A stretch of 63,674 nt of DNA, counting the filler. It is 6 parts of 6 records of this genome, joined end to end, with 100 filler letters (N's around TTAATTAATTAA, not from the genome) between each part and the next. Parts side by side here need not be neighbours in the genome. Positions count along the whole stretch, not along the records: positions 58,179 to 63,674 come from DRR723986_16521; 5 more parts are not named here. One strand, 5' to 3'. Below, piece by piece: positions 61,201 to 63,674 of this stretch. The position numbers and the translations under genes are program-made. The number at the start of each line of letters is the position of its first letter. The stretch's first letter is position 1. The notes below the pieces were generated by a model. It searched no databases. It was not told the origin of the DNA and saw only the letters and a list, made by a program, of their open reading frames with translations.

Positions 61201-63674
61201 TAGGTGGTCAGGTAGTTCCACGACAGCCAGCCCGCGAGCCCCCCGTACGGGCTCTCGTCCTCGCACACCCAGCCCGTGTGCACGGTGCAGTCCGCGTTGC
61301 ACCCGTCGTCCGCGCCGTCGGCGTTGTTGCCGTCGTCGCACCCCTCGTACGGCGTGCGCTCGCCGTTGCCGCAGTACTTTCGGTACGGGGAGCAGCTCTG
61401 CGCCCCGAGCAGCGGGATGTAGTCCGCCGACGGGATCTGGAAGATGTACGTGTCACGGCACGACACCTCCTCCAGCGACGCGCCGATGCCGTCGGGGAGG
61501 CACCCGCTGATGTTGTTGGACGCCACCGCCAGCGTGCGCAGCGACGCGAGCGCGACCAGGGCCGGGGGGATGGTGCCGCTGAGCTGGTTGTGCGACACGT
61601 CCACGTCGCGCACGTTGGCGATGCGCGCCGCGTACTCGCTGGGGATCGTGCCGCTGAGCTGGTTGTCGTTCAGCGCGAGCGTCTGCAGGCTGACCGACGC
61701 CAGGTGCCGCGGGAGCGTGCCGGACAGCCGGTTGTCGTCGAGCAGCAGCGTGCGCGCGCTGAACAGGAACTTGAACAGCGGCGGGATGGAGCCCGTCAGC
61801 GCGTTGCCGGACAGGTCCAGCGTCTCCAGCGACGCGAGGCGCCCGAAGCTCTCCGGGATGGTGCCCGACAGCGAGTTGGACGCCAGCGACAGCGTGATCA
61901 GCGACGTGATGCGGCCCACCGCCTCGCCCAGCGTGCCCACCAGGTTGTTGCCGGACAGCGAGATGGCCACCACCACGCCGTACGAGCAGTCCACGCCGTG
62001 CACGACCTGCGTCTCGAACGCGCGCGTGGTGTTGCACAGCGTCGACGGGAGGTTGCCCCCTTGCCAGTCGGTCGACACCGTCCACCCCGCCCCGCCCGTG
62101 GTGCTGTACAGCTCCTCCAGGCTCGTGATCTGCAGCTGGTCCTTGAGCGGGGAGCAGTCGCTCTCCCAGCCGGACGCGAAGCTCAGCGGGCACAGCGCCT
62201 GCGTGCACGTCAGCGTCGACGTGCACGAGCACTGGAAGTCCGTGTCGATGAAGTTGTCCTCGCACCGAAAGTACTGCAGGCTGGGGAACACCGTCGACGC
62301 GCCCTTGAACGAGTCCGGCAGGTCGCCGTAAAAGTCGTTGAACGAGATGTCCAGGTACGTCAGCAGCGACATGGCCCCGAGCTGCTCCGGGATCGTCGCC
62401 GTGAACTGGTTGTCGCTCACGTCAAAGTGCCGCATGCTGGTCCAGTTGGAGAACACCCCGCTGGCGGCCAGGTGCCCCAGCGTGAAGAACAGGTTGTTGT
62501 CGCTGATGTCCAGGCTCGTCAGCTTGGCCAGGCTGCCCAGCACGGTGGGCAGGCTGCCGAAGAACGAGTTGGACGCGATGCTCAGCCGCCGCAGGTTGGT
62601 CAGCGCGCCCAGGTCCAGCGGCAGCTCGTCGTCCATCCCGTTCCCCTGGAGCAGCAGCGACGTCAGCGCCGTGAGCTCGCCGATATGCGTCGGCAGCGTG
62701 CCCGACAGCGAGTTGGAGTAGAGGCTGAGGCTGGTCAGCGACGTCAGCAGGCCGAGCGTGGACGGCAGCGTGCCGGCCAGGTTGTTCGACGGCAGCAGCA
62801 GGAACTTGAGGTTGCTGCACCGGCACCCGCCGTCCGCGCCCGTGACCGAGTCGCACACGCACCCGAACCACGCGCAGAGGTTCTCCGTGGACTCGTGGCC
62901 CCAGTTGTTCTGGTTCGTCCAGCCCGACCCCGTCGTGCTGTCGTAGAACTGCATCAGCGAGTGCCGCGGCTGCGTCGCGGCGTACCCCTCCGTCCACGCC
63001 GTGCGGTTGAACCCGCCGATGTTGCCCGGCACGACGCGGAAGTAGTACAGCTCCCCGTACTCCAGGCCCGTGGCCTCGTGCGTCGTCGCCGTGGTCGACG
63101 CCGCGATCCGCGCGAACTCTTCGTCCGTCGCCGCGCGCTGGTACACGTCGTACACCGTGGCGTTCAGCACCGCCCCCCACGAGAGCACGACGCTGTCCTC
63201 CGTGTGCCCGGAGAACTCGAGCGCGCCCGGCGCGAACTGCGGCACCTGCGTGGGGATTCCCGCCACCGTGGGCCCGTCCGAGCCCTCGCACCCGTTGCGC
63301 ACCGCGCGCACCCGCACCGTGTACTCTACCCACGTTTCCAGGCCAAGGATCGTGGCCTGGCGGTCCACCACCACGTGCTCGAGCTGCGCGTACCCCGCTG
63401 CCGTGGTGGTAGTGGTGGCGTTGGTGGGCCGGTACTCTACGATGAACTGGTTGGCGTCCTCTTGGTCGAACGACCACCGCACCGTCAGCGACGTCGCGCC
63501 GTAGGGTTCCAGGATCTCCAGGCCCTCGACATAGAGCTGCGGCACGCGGTTCGCCCCCGTCACCTCCGCCAGCGCGTACCCTTCCGAGCCACAGAACCCC
63601 ACCTGCGACGTTGCCACCACGAAGCGCTGGACGGCCGACGACGACGACGAGGAGGAGGAGGAAGAGGAGGAGGA
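58221..63674 (-). CDS. Large extracellular mosaic protein (2x FN3, 3 plant-type LRR blocks, 9 Cys-rich CGNG/CDDGN repeats, EGF/laminin-EGF); partial, probably eukaryotic
   Basis: Frame open to the window end (poly-Ser); LxxLxLxxNxLSGTLP repeats; strong GC3 bias. Confidence 0.88.
63636..63674 (-). repeat. Trinucleotide (TCC/TCG) repeat coding poly-Ser
   Basis: 13 in-frame Ser codons at the window end. Confidence 0.8.

Noticed and set aside
58123-63504. Long alternative-frame Arg/Gly/Ala-rich and antisense Ser-rich ORFs over the LRR gene
   Set aside because: Off-frame products of a very GC-rich repetitive CDS

Overview
This window is not one locus. It is six unrelated contigs joined by identical artificial 100-bp spacers (44 N + TTAATTAATTAA + 44 N at 9607-9706, 16938-17037, 28409-28508, 49846-49945, 58079-58178), so it looks like a concatenated, probably marine, metagenome assembly. 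(1) 1-9606, Bacteroidota (Algoriphagus/Cyclobacteriaceae-like): NYN-LOTUS protein, two DUF4221-like lipoproteins, FNT transporter, CotH-like secreted kinase, DUF1080, group III truncated globin, NPP phosphodiesterase, OmpA, and heptamer-repeat intergenic elements. (2) 9707-16937, Marinobacter-like housekeeping: csp end, leuA/Lrp, TetR, proS, murB, LMW-PTP, kdsB. (3) 17038-28408, Planctomycetota (Pirellulaceae-like): trans-sulfuration enzyme, rnd, CxxC secreted protein, CBS protein, ECF sigma, ferredoxin, rpsB-tsf, sigma-70. (4) 28509-49845, Bacteroidota (Crocinitomicaceae-like): half tRNA-fMet, a USP/CBS/LDH-like stress cluster with FNR-like boxes, MscS x2, VanW, MenE-like, probable sulfonolipid acyltransferase, bamD-rpoZ-coaBC-porD-recN, and a T9SS PNGase-F-like protein. 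(5) 49946-58078, high-GC alphaproteobacterium-like: divergent sensor/NarL regulator pair upstream of a >2360-aa RTX protein whose N-terminal two-thirds resembles the C-terminal arm of MARTX toxins. This is the best candidate for an undescribed system. (6) 58179-63674, very high-GC, probably eukaryotic: one >5.4-kb exon encoding an FN3/LRR/Cys-repeat/EGF surface protein that ends at a GTGAGT splice donor. Taxonomy and family assignments come from motif recognition only; no searches were run.
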